The notes under the pieces were generated by a model. That model was not told the DNA's origin. It ran no database searches and saw nothing but the letters and a program-made list of their open reading frames with translations. From a bacterium (GTDB lineage Bacteria; Hydrothermota; Tepidihabitantia; Tepidihabitantales; Tepidihabitantaceae), in assembly GCA_046485285.1 (NCBI GenBank), contig JAWOHE010000019.1, positions 1-23,756 on the forward strand: a DNA stretch of 23,756 nucleotides. The letters run 5' to 3'. Shown piece after piece: positions 1 to 7,535 of the stretch (its first letter is position 1; the number at the start of each line of letters is the position of its first letter). The position numbers and the translations under genes are program-made.

Positions 1-249
1 CTCATCGTGGATGCCCACCAACGAAACCACCACCGCTCCGGACAGCTGCAGCGGATTCCCCCGCGGCCGGCGGCTGCGACTCACCAGCCCGCTCAGGCCG
101 TGCTCCTCATACCGGCGCCGCCACTTGTAGCCGGTCTTCCGGCTGATGCCGAACTCGCTGCAGACCCGCTTCATACACGCGTCGGACTCTCTCGCCACCA
201 TCACAAACTCGGCGCGAAGACGCTGGAACCGGTTCTCGATCCAGGACAT
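1..249 (-). CDS. IS481-family transposase, N-terminal HTH region (partial)
   Basis: Manual translation (absent from the ORF track): MSWIENRFQRLRAEFVMVARESDACMKRVCSEFGISRKTGYKWRRRYEEHGLSGLVSRSRRP. The C..FGISRKTGYKW..RY...G..GL..RSRRP pattern is typical of IS481. GGAGG RBS at 257-261. Confidence 0.9.
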   Translation of the reverse strand, partial: MSWIENRFQRLRAEFVMVARESDACMKRVCSEFGISRKTGYKWRRRYEEHGLSGLVSRSRRPRGNPLQLSGAVVVSLVGIHDE

Positions 250-326
250 GGTCATACCTCCATTTCATCAAACAGTGTAACCCATGTCCTGATAATAAAG
301 TGTTACCAATGTACTGAACTCGGACC
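1..326 (-). mobile_element. IS481-family insertion sequence, left end (runs off the window)
   Basis: Transposase start at 249 (-). Two subterminal direct repeats, agtgtaacccatgtcctga (274-292) and agtgttaccaatgtactga (299-317), are 16/19 identical. The end reads GGTCCGAGTTCAGTAC on the - strand where IS481 elements normally start TGT. Confidence 0.85.
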
Positions 327-361
327 GCGGCTCGAAGCGCTCCGAGTCGTCCGCCGAAGCC

Positions 362-478
362 TTACCTCGCCAGCACCAGCCGACTGGACTCGCCGGTGTC
401 CTGCCTGCGAACGAAGTAGACCCCGGGGGCAAGATGCCGGACGTCGTTGTCACCGGGCTGGAGCAGGGCGACCCTGCG
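362..478 (-). pseudogene. Orphan fragment of a T9SS-like C-terminal sorting domain
   Basis: Translates RRVALLQPGDNDVRHLAPGVYFVRRQDTGESSRLVLAR* (TAA at 362-364), clearly similar to the C-termini of the proteins at 8485-11094 and 12315-13892. No convincing RBS or start of its own. Confidence 0.75.
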
Positions 479-505
479 GACCGGCCGGCGGGCTTGTCGC
501 CCGAC

Positions 506-1057
506 TCAGCGCGGCCTCAGCCACCGCTCCGGGTCGACCGACTGGCCCTCCATCCGGACCTGGAAGTGCAGGGTGTCGGCCGCGTAGCCGACAACCTCGC
601 CCTCCCGAACGGTGTTGCCCACCGTTGCCGAGGCCTCCTTGAGGCGCGCGTAGATAGTGTGCAGGCGTCCGCCGTGGTCGACGATGACCGTCATTCCGTA
701 GCCCATGAACTCGTCGACGAAGCTGACCCGGCCGGCATACGCCGCCTTGACCGGGGCGCCGGAGCCGCAGGTGATATCGACGCCCAGCTTCCGGGTCTTC
801 GTGCCGTACCTGGGGTCGACGACGACGCCAAACCCTGCGGCGACGGCTCCCGGCACCGGCCAGGACAGTTTGCCCTGGCGCGGGTCGGCCGGCTTGACAA
901 CCGGCTTGGGCGCAGGCCGGGCCGGGCGCTGCGGGCGGGCCGGGGCCGCGCGACCGGAGAACCGGGGGCGTGATGCGTACAGCGCCGGGCAGCCCGCCAT
1001 CGTGACCAGCGCTCCCGCGGCGACCGCGACGGCCAGCGCCAGCCGTGCCCGCCCCAT
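506..1057 (-). CDS. M23/LytM-domain lipoprotein, probable EnvC/NlpD-type murein hydrolase activator
   Basis: Signal peptide with lipobox (VTMAGC) and a Pro/Arg linker, then WPVPG...GVDI...V.AAYAG.V...GYG..VIVDHG...TIYA.L...LHF.VR..G..VDP..WL. Start placed at the ATG at 1057. Confidence 0.88.
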   Translation of the reverse strand: MGRARLALAVAVAAGALVTMAGCPALYASRPRFSGRAAPARPQRPARPAPKPVVKPADPRQGKLSWPVPGAVAAGFGVVVDPRYGTKTRKLGVDITCGSGAPVKAAYAGRVSFVDEFMGYGMTVIVDHGGRLHTIYARLKEASATVGNTVREGEVVGYAADTLHFQVRMEGQSVDPERWLRPR

Positions 1058-1107
1058 CAGCAGGCCGCTGGCGCGTCCGCGACCGCCCGGCAAGACCGCA
1101 TCGGCAA

Positions 1108-1458
1108 TGGAGGCGGCGGGAATCGAACCCGCGTCCGGAGAGTTCAGAGCCAGAGCTCTACATGGTTAGTCAGCCTACTATTCTCGCCAGTCGCTCAGCC
1201 GGTTGACGGGCGGCGACCAGCCAGCCCCGTATTGATCCGGCCGGCAACCCGGGGCCTGCCGCCAGCCTTGATCACCCTTTTAGACCCCGATGCTGCGCCG
1301 GGTGAACTCGCAGCTCGAGGGACCGCCTGCGTTACTAGGCAGCCAGTGCGTAGCTGTTGTTGGCAGCTGTACTTCCTCTACCGGGATTTACGAGGTGATA
1401 GAGGAACCTCGCCATGCACTCGGGCCCCTCAGGCAATCCGTCGAAGCCCTTCGCCCCC
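1108..1458 (-). ncRNA. ssrA: tmRNA (transfer-messenger RNA)
   Basis: 5' end GGGGGCGAAGGGCTTCGACGG; 3' end GACGCGGGTTCGATTCCCGCCGCCTCCA (T-arm, Ala-type acceptor with G:U). Internal tag frame 1364-1338 reads ANNSYALAA followed by TAG TAA. About 351 nt; CCA is not encoded. Confidence 0.96.
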
Positions 1459-1490
1459 GAGAGGCACCGTCACAAGTTGTCGGTCACTTA

Positions 1491-1519
1491 ATACTATCGC
1501 GGTGCGGAAGCGGTGTCAA
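1491..1519 (-). promoter_or_regulatory. sigma70-type promoter of ssrA
   Basis: TTGACA-N17-TAGTAT, 32 nt upstream of the mature 5' end, overlapping the 3' end of the upstream lipoprotein gene. Confidence 0.75.
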
Positions 1520-2333
1520 CCGCCGCCTGCCGCCGTACCCGGGCGAGGAGCCGGCCGCGCCGGTAATCCGGGGTCGCCGCCCGCCGCGCGCGCGGCGGCG
1601 CGCCGACGTAGAAGTAGCGCTCGCGGGGCTCGTTGCCGGCGGTGAAGAACCCGAACCCGGCCCCGCGCACGTTGCCGATGTCGCCCGGGCCGATCTCCGG
1701 GCCGTAGCCGGCCACGACCAGCGCCGAACCGTCACCCTCGACGAGCTCCGCAACCTCACGCGGGAACACCCGGCGCGGCGGCAGGACGACGAAGGTATCC
1801 CTGACGAAGGTGTCGAATTCGAGCGTGAAGTCGTCCCAGTCGCCGAGCGAGTCGACGAACTCGAAGTCGCAGTACAGGTCCAGCCAGTACCACTGCGCGC
1901 CGGCGGAAGACTTCCAGGTGACCGCCAGCGTCGAATCGAGGCCGTGGATGTAGTCGGCGCGCGGGGCCGTCACCTCGAAGCTCCCCGGCATCGTCACCCG
2001 CGAGAACGCCTCGCCCCAGTAGTGGACGACCGACAGGTTGTAGGGCCGGTAGACCCGGAAGACCTTCTCGTCACCGTAGCGGTGGCGGGTAAGGGTATGG
2101 GAGTAGGCCGGGAGCTCCTCGCTGTTGATGCGTACGGACGGCACCATCCGGAAGCCGGAGTTGTCGAAGACCTCCACGTCGCGAAGGTAGTCGACCGACC
2201 AGTCGTAGTACTCGACCCGGTAGAGGTAGCCGTTGATGATCGGCTCGCGGTAACCCGGGTCGAGCGTCGGAGTCACCGGCCGGTCGCACGCGGCAAGCAC
2301 GGCAAGGAACAGGAGTGCATGCCGCGGCCGCAT
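1494..2333 (-). CDS. Lipoprotein of unknown function (DUF4249-like)
   Basis: Lipobox VLAAC after a hydrophobic stretch; beta-rich body. The C-terminal GNVRGAGFGFFTA resembles the DUF4249 tail (family call tentative). Confidence 0.7.
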   Translation of the reverse strand: MRPRHALLFLAVLAACDRPVTPTLDPGYREPIINGYLYRVEYYDWSVDYLRDVEVFDNSGFRMVPSVRINSEELPAYSHTLTRHRYGDEKVFRVYRPYNLSVVHYWGEAFSRVTMPGSFEVTAPRADYIHGLDSTLAVTWKSSAGAQWYWLDLYCDFEFVDSLGDWDDFTLEFDTFVRDTFVVLPPRRVFPREVAELVEGDGSALVVAGYGPEIGPGDIGNVRGAGFGFFTAGNEPRERYFYVGAPPRARRAATPDYRRGRLLARVRRQAAVDTASAPR

Positions 2334-2336
2334 CGG

Positions 2337-3434
2337 CTAGTCGAGCCGGATCGGCATCAGCAGGAAGGTCTTCTCGACATCGCCGCCCTCGTCGAGCGGG
2401 CGGATGACCGCGGCCGCGAGCGGCCCCTGCAGTTCCACCTGCACCTTCTCCGAGGCGATGTGCCGGAGCGCCTCCATCATATAGGAGGCGTTGAACCCGA
2501 TGCGGATGTCCTTGCCGTCGTACTCGGCGGCGAGGTCCTCGTCGCTGGTCCCGATGTCCGGCGTCTCGGCGTGGACGTTGAGCTTGCCCTTGGTGAAACT
2601 GAACGCGGTCAACCGGCCGACCGGGTGCGCGAACACCGATGCCCGGCGCAGGGCGGCGGTGAGCGCCTCGCGCTCGACGAGAGCACGATAGAGCTTCTTG
2701 TCCTTCGGGATGACGCGCGTGTAGTCGGGGTAGGGCCCCTCGAGCTGTCGGCTGATGATGACCGCCCCCTCGGTCACGAGCCCGATTCGCGACGGGTCAA
2801 CGTGGAGCGCGACGGTATCCCCGCCGCGGGGCAGCAGGCTCAGCGCCTTGGGCTGGACGAGCATCTTGGCGCTCGCCGACTGCTTCGCCTTCGACTGGAC
2901 ATGGCTCAGCCGGTGACCGTCAGTCGCGACCATCCGCATCTCGGTCCGGCCGACCTCCCAGTTGATGCCCGACATCGCCGGCCGGGTGTCGTCGCGGGAG
3001 ACGGCGAAGGCGGCGTGGTCAAAGAGCTCGAGTACTGCGGCGATCGAGAGCTCGAGCGGCGCGCCCTCGGGCAGCTTCGGCGTCTCCGGGAACTCGGCGG
3101 GGTCGAGCCCGGACATCATCACCCGGTTGTTCGTCGTCTCGATATGCAGGTTGCGGTCCTTGGTCCGGAACTCGGCGTCCGCGACACCAAGCTCGCGCAC
3201 GGTCTCGAGCAGTTTCCGAGCGGGCACGAGTACCTGGCCGTCCTCGGCCGAGCTCGAGACCTTGAATTCCCGGCGGACTGTCGTGTCAACGTCGGTACCG
3301 GTGACGGCGAACTTGTCCCCGGTCACCTCGAGCAGGACGTTCTGGAGCACCGGGTAGGTCGTCCGGCTCGGCAGCGCGCCGGCGACCGCCGCCAGTATTT
3401 CGGCAAAGACCTCGCGGTCAACCTGACAGCGCAT
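2337..3434 (-). CDS. dnaN: DNA polymerase III beta sliding clamp
   Basis: 365 aa with PVLQNVLL, GTDVD, DDTRPAMSGI, MVATDGHRL, GPYPDY, IGFNASY and C-terminal LLMPIRL. AAGGAG RBS. Confidence 0.97.
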   Translation of the reverse strand: MRCQVDREVFAEILAAVAGALPSRTTYPVLQNVLLEVTGDKFAVTGTDVDTTVRREFKVSSSAEDGQVLVPARKLLETVRELGVADAEFRTKDRNLHIETTNNRVMMSGLDPAEFPETPKLPEGAPLELSIAAVLELFDHAAFAVSRDDTRPAMSGINWEVGRTEMRMVATDGHRLSHVQSKAKQSASAKMLVQPKALSLLPRGGDTVALHVDPSRIGLVTEGAVIISRQLEGPYPDYTRVIPKDKKLYRALVEREALTAALRRASVFAHPVGRLTAFSFTKGKLNVHAETPDIGTSDEDLAAEYDGKDIRIGFNASYMMEALRHIASEKVQVELQGPLAAAVIRPLDEGGDVEKTFLLMPIRLD

Positions 3435-3451
3435 CGTATCTCCTTTGCATG

Positions 3452-4315
3452 CTAGGTTCCAACTACAGCATTGTCGCCGCTGATGAGGGCGTTGTCAATC
3501 AGCCTCGTCTTCCCCAGGAAGGCGGCCAGCGCGACGAGCACGCGTCCCTCGACCCGCCGGACCGGCGCGAGGCGCTCCGGATCGACGAACTCGAGGTACT
3601 GCACCCGCACGCGGCACTCCCGGCTCAGCGCGGCGAGCATCCTGCGCCGCAGCCGGACAACCGAACGCTCGCCGGCGGCGACCTCCTGCCGGCAGAGCTC
3701 CAGCGCCGCGAACAGCGCCGGCGCCGCCCGACGCTCGGCCGGGGTCAGGTAGCGGTTGCGCGAGCTCATCGCCAGGCCGTCTCGCTCGCGCACCGTCGGG
3801 ACGACCAGGATGCGGACGCCGAACCCGAGGTCGCGCGCCATTCTCCTGATGATGGCCGCCTGCTGGGCGTCCTTCTGGCCGAACACCGCCAGATGCGGCC
3901 GGACCACGTTGAACAGGGTCGCGACGACGGTCGTCACGCCCCGGAAATGCCCGGGACGATGACGACCGCACAGCCCGTCGGCAAGCCCGGCCACTTCGAC
4001 GAAGGTCGAGTGCCCCTCCGGGTAGATTTCTCCGACCGCCGGCGCGAACACGACGTCAACCCCCTCGCCGCGCAGCAGTCGCAGGTCGCTCGCCGGCGTG
4101 CGCGGGTAGCGGTGGAAGTCCTCGGCCGGGCCGAACTGCAGGGGATTGACAAAGACCGACACGACGAGGCGGTCACAGCGCCGGCGGGCCGCGCGCACCA
4201 GCGCGAGGTGCCCCTCGTGAAGACAGCCCATTGTCGGCACGAGGCCGACCCGGCCCGACACCCGTGCCCGCTCGGACCAGCGGCGCATCGCCGCCGCGCT
4301 GCTAAGCGTTATCAT
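3452..4315 (-). CDS. panC: Pantoate--beta-alanine ligase
   Basis: VPTMGCLHEGH, VFVNPLQF, RPGHFRGV, FGQKDAQQ, GLAMSSRN, TRLIDN. Confidence 0.97.
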   Translation of the reverse strand: MITLSSAAAMRRWSERARVSGRVGLVPTMGCLHEGHLALVRAARRRCDRLVVSVFVNPLQFGPAEDFHRYPRTPASDLRLLRGEGVDVVFAPAVGEIYPEGHSTFVEVAGLADGLCGRHRPGHFRGVTTVVATLFNVVRPHLAVFGQKDAQQAAIIRRMARDLGFGVRILVVPTVRERDGLAMSSRNRYLTPAERRAAPALFAALELCRQEVAAGERSVVRLRRRMLAALSRECRVRVQYLEFVDPERLAPVRRVEGRVLVALAAFLGKTRLIDNALISGDNAVVGT

Positions 4316-5135
4316 CCAGGTAGAAGCTGTGGTCGCGGTCCGGGAACCGGCCTGCCCGGACGTCGGCCGCGTAGGCCTCGACCGCCGTCTTCATCGCCGC
4401 GCCAAGTTCCGCGTAGCGCTTGACGAACCGGAATGCCGGCCCGGCCGTCAGGCCGACCATGTCGTGCAGGACGAGCACCTGGCCGTCGCACTCCGGCCCG
4501 GCCCCGATGCCGACGGTCGGGACCTTCAGCACCCGGGTGACCTCGGCCGCGGCCTCGGCGGCGACCTTTTCGAGGACGACCGCGAAGCAGCCGGCAGCCT
4601 CGAGCGCCACGGCCCCGGCCAGCAGCGACTCGCGCTCGGTCCTGGTCCGGGCCTGCAGCCGGTAGCCACCGAGCCCGTGGACGGACTGCGGCGTCAGCCC
4701 GACGTGGCCGAGCACCGGTATCCCGATCTCGACCAGCCGCCGCACTGCCTCGAGCACCGCCGCCGTCGCGCCCTCGAGCTTGACCGCCTCGGCACCGACC
4801 TTGAGAAACCGACCGGCGTTGCGCACCGCGTCCTCGGTCGACGCCTGGTAGGACAGGAACGGCATGTCGGCGACGACCAGCGCGTTGGCGACACCTGCCG
4901 CCACCGACCGGGTGTGCATCAGCATCTCATCCATCCCGATCGTGACGGTCGTCGCCATCCCGTGGCAGACGTTGGCCGCCGAGTCGCCGACGAGAATCAG
5001 GTCGACGCCGCTCTCGTCCAGCACCCGCGCGGTCGGCCAGTCGTAGGCGGTCAGCGCGACGATCTTCTCGCCCTTCTCCTTCTTCCGCCGAATGCGGAAA
5101 GCGGTGAGCTTGCCGCTGCCGGCCTGGCCGTACAC
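4302..5135 (-). CDS. panB: 3-methyl-2-oxobutanoate hydroxymethyltransferase
   Basis: LTAYD, LVGDS, VADMPFLSY, AVKLEG, GHVGLTPQS, GIGAG..CDGQVLV.HD. Confidence 0.97.
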   Translation of the reverse strand: MYGQAGSGKLTAFRIRRKKEKGEKIVALTAYDWPTARVLDESGVDLILVGDSAANVCHGMATTVTIGMDEMLMHTRSVAAGVANALVVADMPFLSYQASTEDAVRNAGRFLKVGAEAVKLEGATAAVLEAVRRLVEIGIPVLGHVGLTPQSVHGLGGYRLQARTRTERESLLAGAVALEAAGCFAVVLEKVAAEAAAEVTRVLKVPTVGIGAGPECDGQVLVLHDMVGLTAGPAFRFVKRYAELGAAMKTAVEAYAADVRAGRFPDRDHSFYLDDNA

Positions 5136-5770
5136 TAGCGACCCCGCCCGCTCGGCGAGTAGAAACGCCGGCCCGACTTCGTCGACTCGACCGCCCGGAA
5201 CAGGTCCTCGAAATCCTCGCGCGAGAGCACGAAGTCCATCCGCTCGGTGTTGACGATCAGCACCGGCGCCCCGTCGTAGCGCATGAAGTAGGAATTGTAG
5301 GCATCGGAAAGCCGGTCGACGTACTCCGGGTCGATCCCGGCCTCGAACGGCCTGCCCCGCCGCTTGATCCGCGCCATCACCACGTCGGTCCGCGCCTGCA
5401 GGTAGACGACCAGGTCGGGCCGGCGCACCTCGCTCGCCAGCATCGCGTAGATCCGTTCGTAGAGCGCGAACTCGTGCTCGGTCAGGTTGAGCCCGGCGAA
5501 AACCCGGTCCTTCTCGAACAGGTAGTCACAGACGACATTGTCCTCGAACAGGCCGAGCTGGGCCAGTTCGGTCTGCTGGCGGTGGCGCGAGAGCAGGAAG
5601 AAGAGCTGGGTCTGGAACGCATAGCCACGCAGGTCGCCGTAGAACCGGTCCAGGAACGGGTTGTCCTCGACCGCCTCGAGCACCAGCTTCGCGTTCAAAC
5701 GCTTCGCCAGCAACTCGGCCAGCGCGGTCTTGCCGACCCCGATGACGCCCTCGACCGCGATGTGCCTCAC
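5135..5770 (-). CDS. Deoxynucleoside kinase (dAK/dCK/dGK family)
   Basis: P-loop IAVEGVIGVGKT, NPFL..FY, FQTQLFFL.SR, PDLVVYL, RIKRRGRPFE. Confidence 0.93.
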   Translation of the reverse strand: MRHIAVEGVIGVGKTALAELLAKRLNAKLVLEAVEDNPFLDRFYGDLRGYAFQTQLFFLLSRHRQQTELAQLGLFEDNVVCDYLFEKDRVFAGLNLTEHEFALYERIYAMLASEVRRPDLVVYLQARTDVVMARIKRRGRPFEAGIDPEYVDRLSDAYNSYFMRYDGAPVLIVNTERMDFVLSREDFEDLFRAVESTKSGRRFYSPSGRGR

Positions 5771-6246
5771 GGCGTCCCCGCGAGTTCGACACCCTCGGTG
5801 CTGACCCGGCTCGCCAGCTCGGCGATTGTCAGCCCGATCACCGGGTGCACGACATCGGGCGCCAGCTCCCGGAACGGCAACAGCACGAAGGCCCGCTCGT
5901 GCATCCGCGGATGCGGTACCCGCAGGCCCGGCTCGTCAATCACGTCCTGCCCGTACATGAGGATGTCGATGTCGAGCGGCCGCGGTGCGGGCGGGCCGCC
6001 CCGGACCCGGCCCTCGCCCGCCTCGATGCCGAGGCAGAACTGAAGAAGCCCGAGCGGGTCGAGCGAGGTGTCCACCCGGGCAATCCCGTTCAGGAACCAC
6101 GGCGACAAAGGCAGGTCGACCGGCATGGTCTCGTACCACGATGACCGACGGGCGCGGCCGAGCTCGGCCAGCCGGATCATCGCCCGCTCGAGGTGGTCGA
6201 GCCGGTCGCCCATGTTCGAGCCGAGTCCGAAGTAGACTTCCGGCAT
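5767..6246 (-). CDS. folK: 2-amino-4-hydroxy-6-hydroxymethyldihydropteridine diphosphokinase
   Basis: GLGSNMGDR, SS.YET.P, FLNG, PRPLDIDIL, VPHPRMHERAFVL.P. Start placed at the ATG at 6246. Confidence 0.95.
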   Translation of the reverse strand: MPEVYFGLGSNMGDRLDHLERAMIRLAELGRARRSSWYETMPVDLPLSPWFLNGIARVDTSLDPLGLLQFCLGIEAGEGRVRGGPPAPRPLDIDILMYGQDVIDEPGLRVPHPRMHERAFVLLPFRELAPDVVHPVIGLTIAELASRVSTEGVELAGTP

Positions 6247-6252
6247 CGGCAA

Positions 6253-6477
6253 TCAGGCACTGCCGCCATCCGCCGGCTCGGGCCGGACGCGCAGGGCGCG
6301 CCGGCCATAGGGCGTCTCGCCGACCTCGAAGCGCACCGCCTGGCCCGGCTCGAGCGACTGGTTGTTGTCGTCGATGATGTCGCCATAGTGAACGAAGACG
6401 TCGCCGCCATCGGAGACGGCAATGAACCCGTAGCCTTTCTTCGTATCGAACCACTTGACCTTACCGACAATGTCCAA
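6253..6477 (-). CDS. Cold-shock domain protein (CspA family)
   Basis: GKVKWFDTKKGYGFI (RNP1) and DVFVHY (RNP2). TTG start preceded by AAAGGAA. Confidence 0.93.
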   Translation of the reverse strand: MDIVGKVKWFDTKKGYGFIAVSDGGDVFVHYGDIIDDNNQSLEPGQAVRFEVGETPYGRRALRVRPEPADGGSA

Positions 6478-6516
6478 GACGAGTTCCTTTCGCAGTCTCA
6501 GCCGGCCTGCTCGGAC

Positions 6517-6544
6517 ATTGTCGGGAATCAGGCCCGCGTGTCAA
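6517..6544 (-). promoter_or_regulatory. Putative sigma70 promoter of the csp-folK-pan-dnaN run
   Basis: TTGACA-N16-GACAAT immediately upstream of csp. Confidence 0.5.
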
Positions 6545-7116
6545 GCCGGCCCGACCAGCAGCGCCCGGGCCAGCACGAGCCCGTAGGCGACGGCGACCGT
6601 CAGCACGGTCCGCCACTCCGGGCGGGCCCGGTCCGCTTCGAACCGGACGTCTCTCCGCGCGACGCCTCGGAACGACCGGCCAAGGTGCCGCTCCTCGGCC
6701 CGGGCAATCGTCACGTACTCGACCAGGAAGAGGATGACGACCGCGAGCCCAAGCAGGACCGGCGGGAAGAGCCCGACCAGCGTGCCCACGACCAGGAGCA
6801 GGTTGCCGAAGTAGAGCGGGTGGCCCGCGGCCGCCCGGGGATTGAGCCTGAACCAGCGGTACGGACCGCTCCCGACATATGCCCTTGCCCCGACCTCGCC
6901 CGCCCGCGCGTCCGGACCGATGTAACCCATCGCCCAGAACCGCAGCGCCAGCCCGGCGACAACCAGCGGCAGGCCGGCAGACCAGGTCAGGAGCGTTCCC
7001 CTGCCGAACCAGAAAACCACGATGAAGCCGACCGTCCCGACCAGCCCGCGCCAGCGGAACAGTAACCGCCCGGCCTGCTCGAACCGGGAACCGGCACCGG
7101 AAGCGCGGCCGGTCAT
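6541..7116 (-). CDS. Isoprenylcysteine carboxylmethyltransferase / PEMT-family membrane protein
   Basis: Hydrophobic helices with GLALRFWA.GYIG, GPYRW...HPLYFGN and EE..L..F motifs. Confidence 0.82.
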   Translation of the reverse strand: MTGRASGAGSRFEQAGRLLFRWRGLVGTVGFIVVFWFGRGTLLTWSAGLPLVVAGLALRFWAMGYIGPDARAGEVGARAYVGSGPYRWFRLNPRAAAGHPLYFGNLLLVVGTLVGLFPPVLLGLAVVILFLVEYVTIARAEERHLGRSFRGVARRDVRFEADRARPEWRTVLTVAVAYGLVLARALLVGPA

Positions 7117-7535
7117 CCGTCAACCGGCCGGTGCCGGGGAATCTGGCTCTTGAGGACCGGCCGGTGATACAGACCTACCCCGATCGTGAAACCCTCACAG
7201 CGGATGAGCACGAAGCCGTCGTCGCAGCCGGTCTCGACTTCGAGCTGCCCGCCTGCGACCAGCCGGACTGCGTCCGCCCGGCTGACCTCGATGCAGTTGC
7301 GGGTCGCGTGGCGACCGAGCAACTGCATCGCGTGTGATGTCGGCTTGACCGAGTGCGGGAACAGCCGGCAGAAGCGGATGCCCCGCCGCAACGGCCGGAC
7401 CGCGTCGAATCGCATCACCTCGGGCGTCGCAAGGAAGACGGTGCCCTGGTTCGGTGCGGTCACCGCCTCGAGGCCCGCGAAGACCGCCTCCGGGATCCCG
7501 AACCGCCGGGCGAGGTCACGCACCTCGCGGACCAT
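7113..7535 (-). CDS. Stand-alone RsmF/YebU C-terminal PUA-like domain protein (NOL1/NOP2/Fmu-associated)
   Basis: GIRFCR...KPTSHAMQLLG..ATRN.IEV....A..LV.G..LE...GFVLI...GF.IGVG. Coupled to the upstream m5C methyltransferase by a TGATG overlap. Confidence 0.75.
   Translation of the reverse strand: MVREVRDLARRFGIPEAVFAGLEAVTAPNQGTVFLATPEVMRFDAVRPLRRGIRFCRLFPHSVKPTSHAMQLLGRHATRNCIEVSRADAVRLVAGGQLEVETGCDDGFVLIRCEGFTIGVGLYHRPVLKSQIPRHRPVDG

Noticed and set aside
7-642. 211-aa plus-strand ORF
   Set aside because: Lies antisense to the IS481 transposase, its end and the M23 gene; low-complexity Pro/Arg translation.
327-1107. Genomic island integrated at the ssrA 3' end
   Set aside because: No integrase and no duplicated ssrA 3' fragment are visible, and the next gene is a housekeeping-type M23 lipoprotein.
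1108-1140. tRNA-like T-arm and acceptor sequence
   Set aside because: It is the 3' domain of tmRNA; the matching 5' end and tag frame lie upstream.
1290-3455. 721-aa plus-strand ORF and similar long ORFs (3449-4423, 7454-8770, 12831-13919, 17503-18903, 20869-22272)
   Set aside because: Antisense shadows of well-supported genes in high-GC DNA, with no recognisable motifs.
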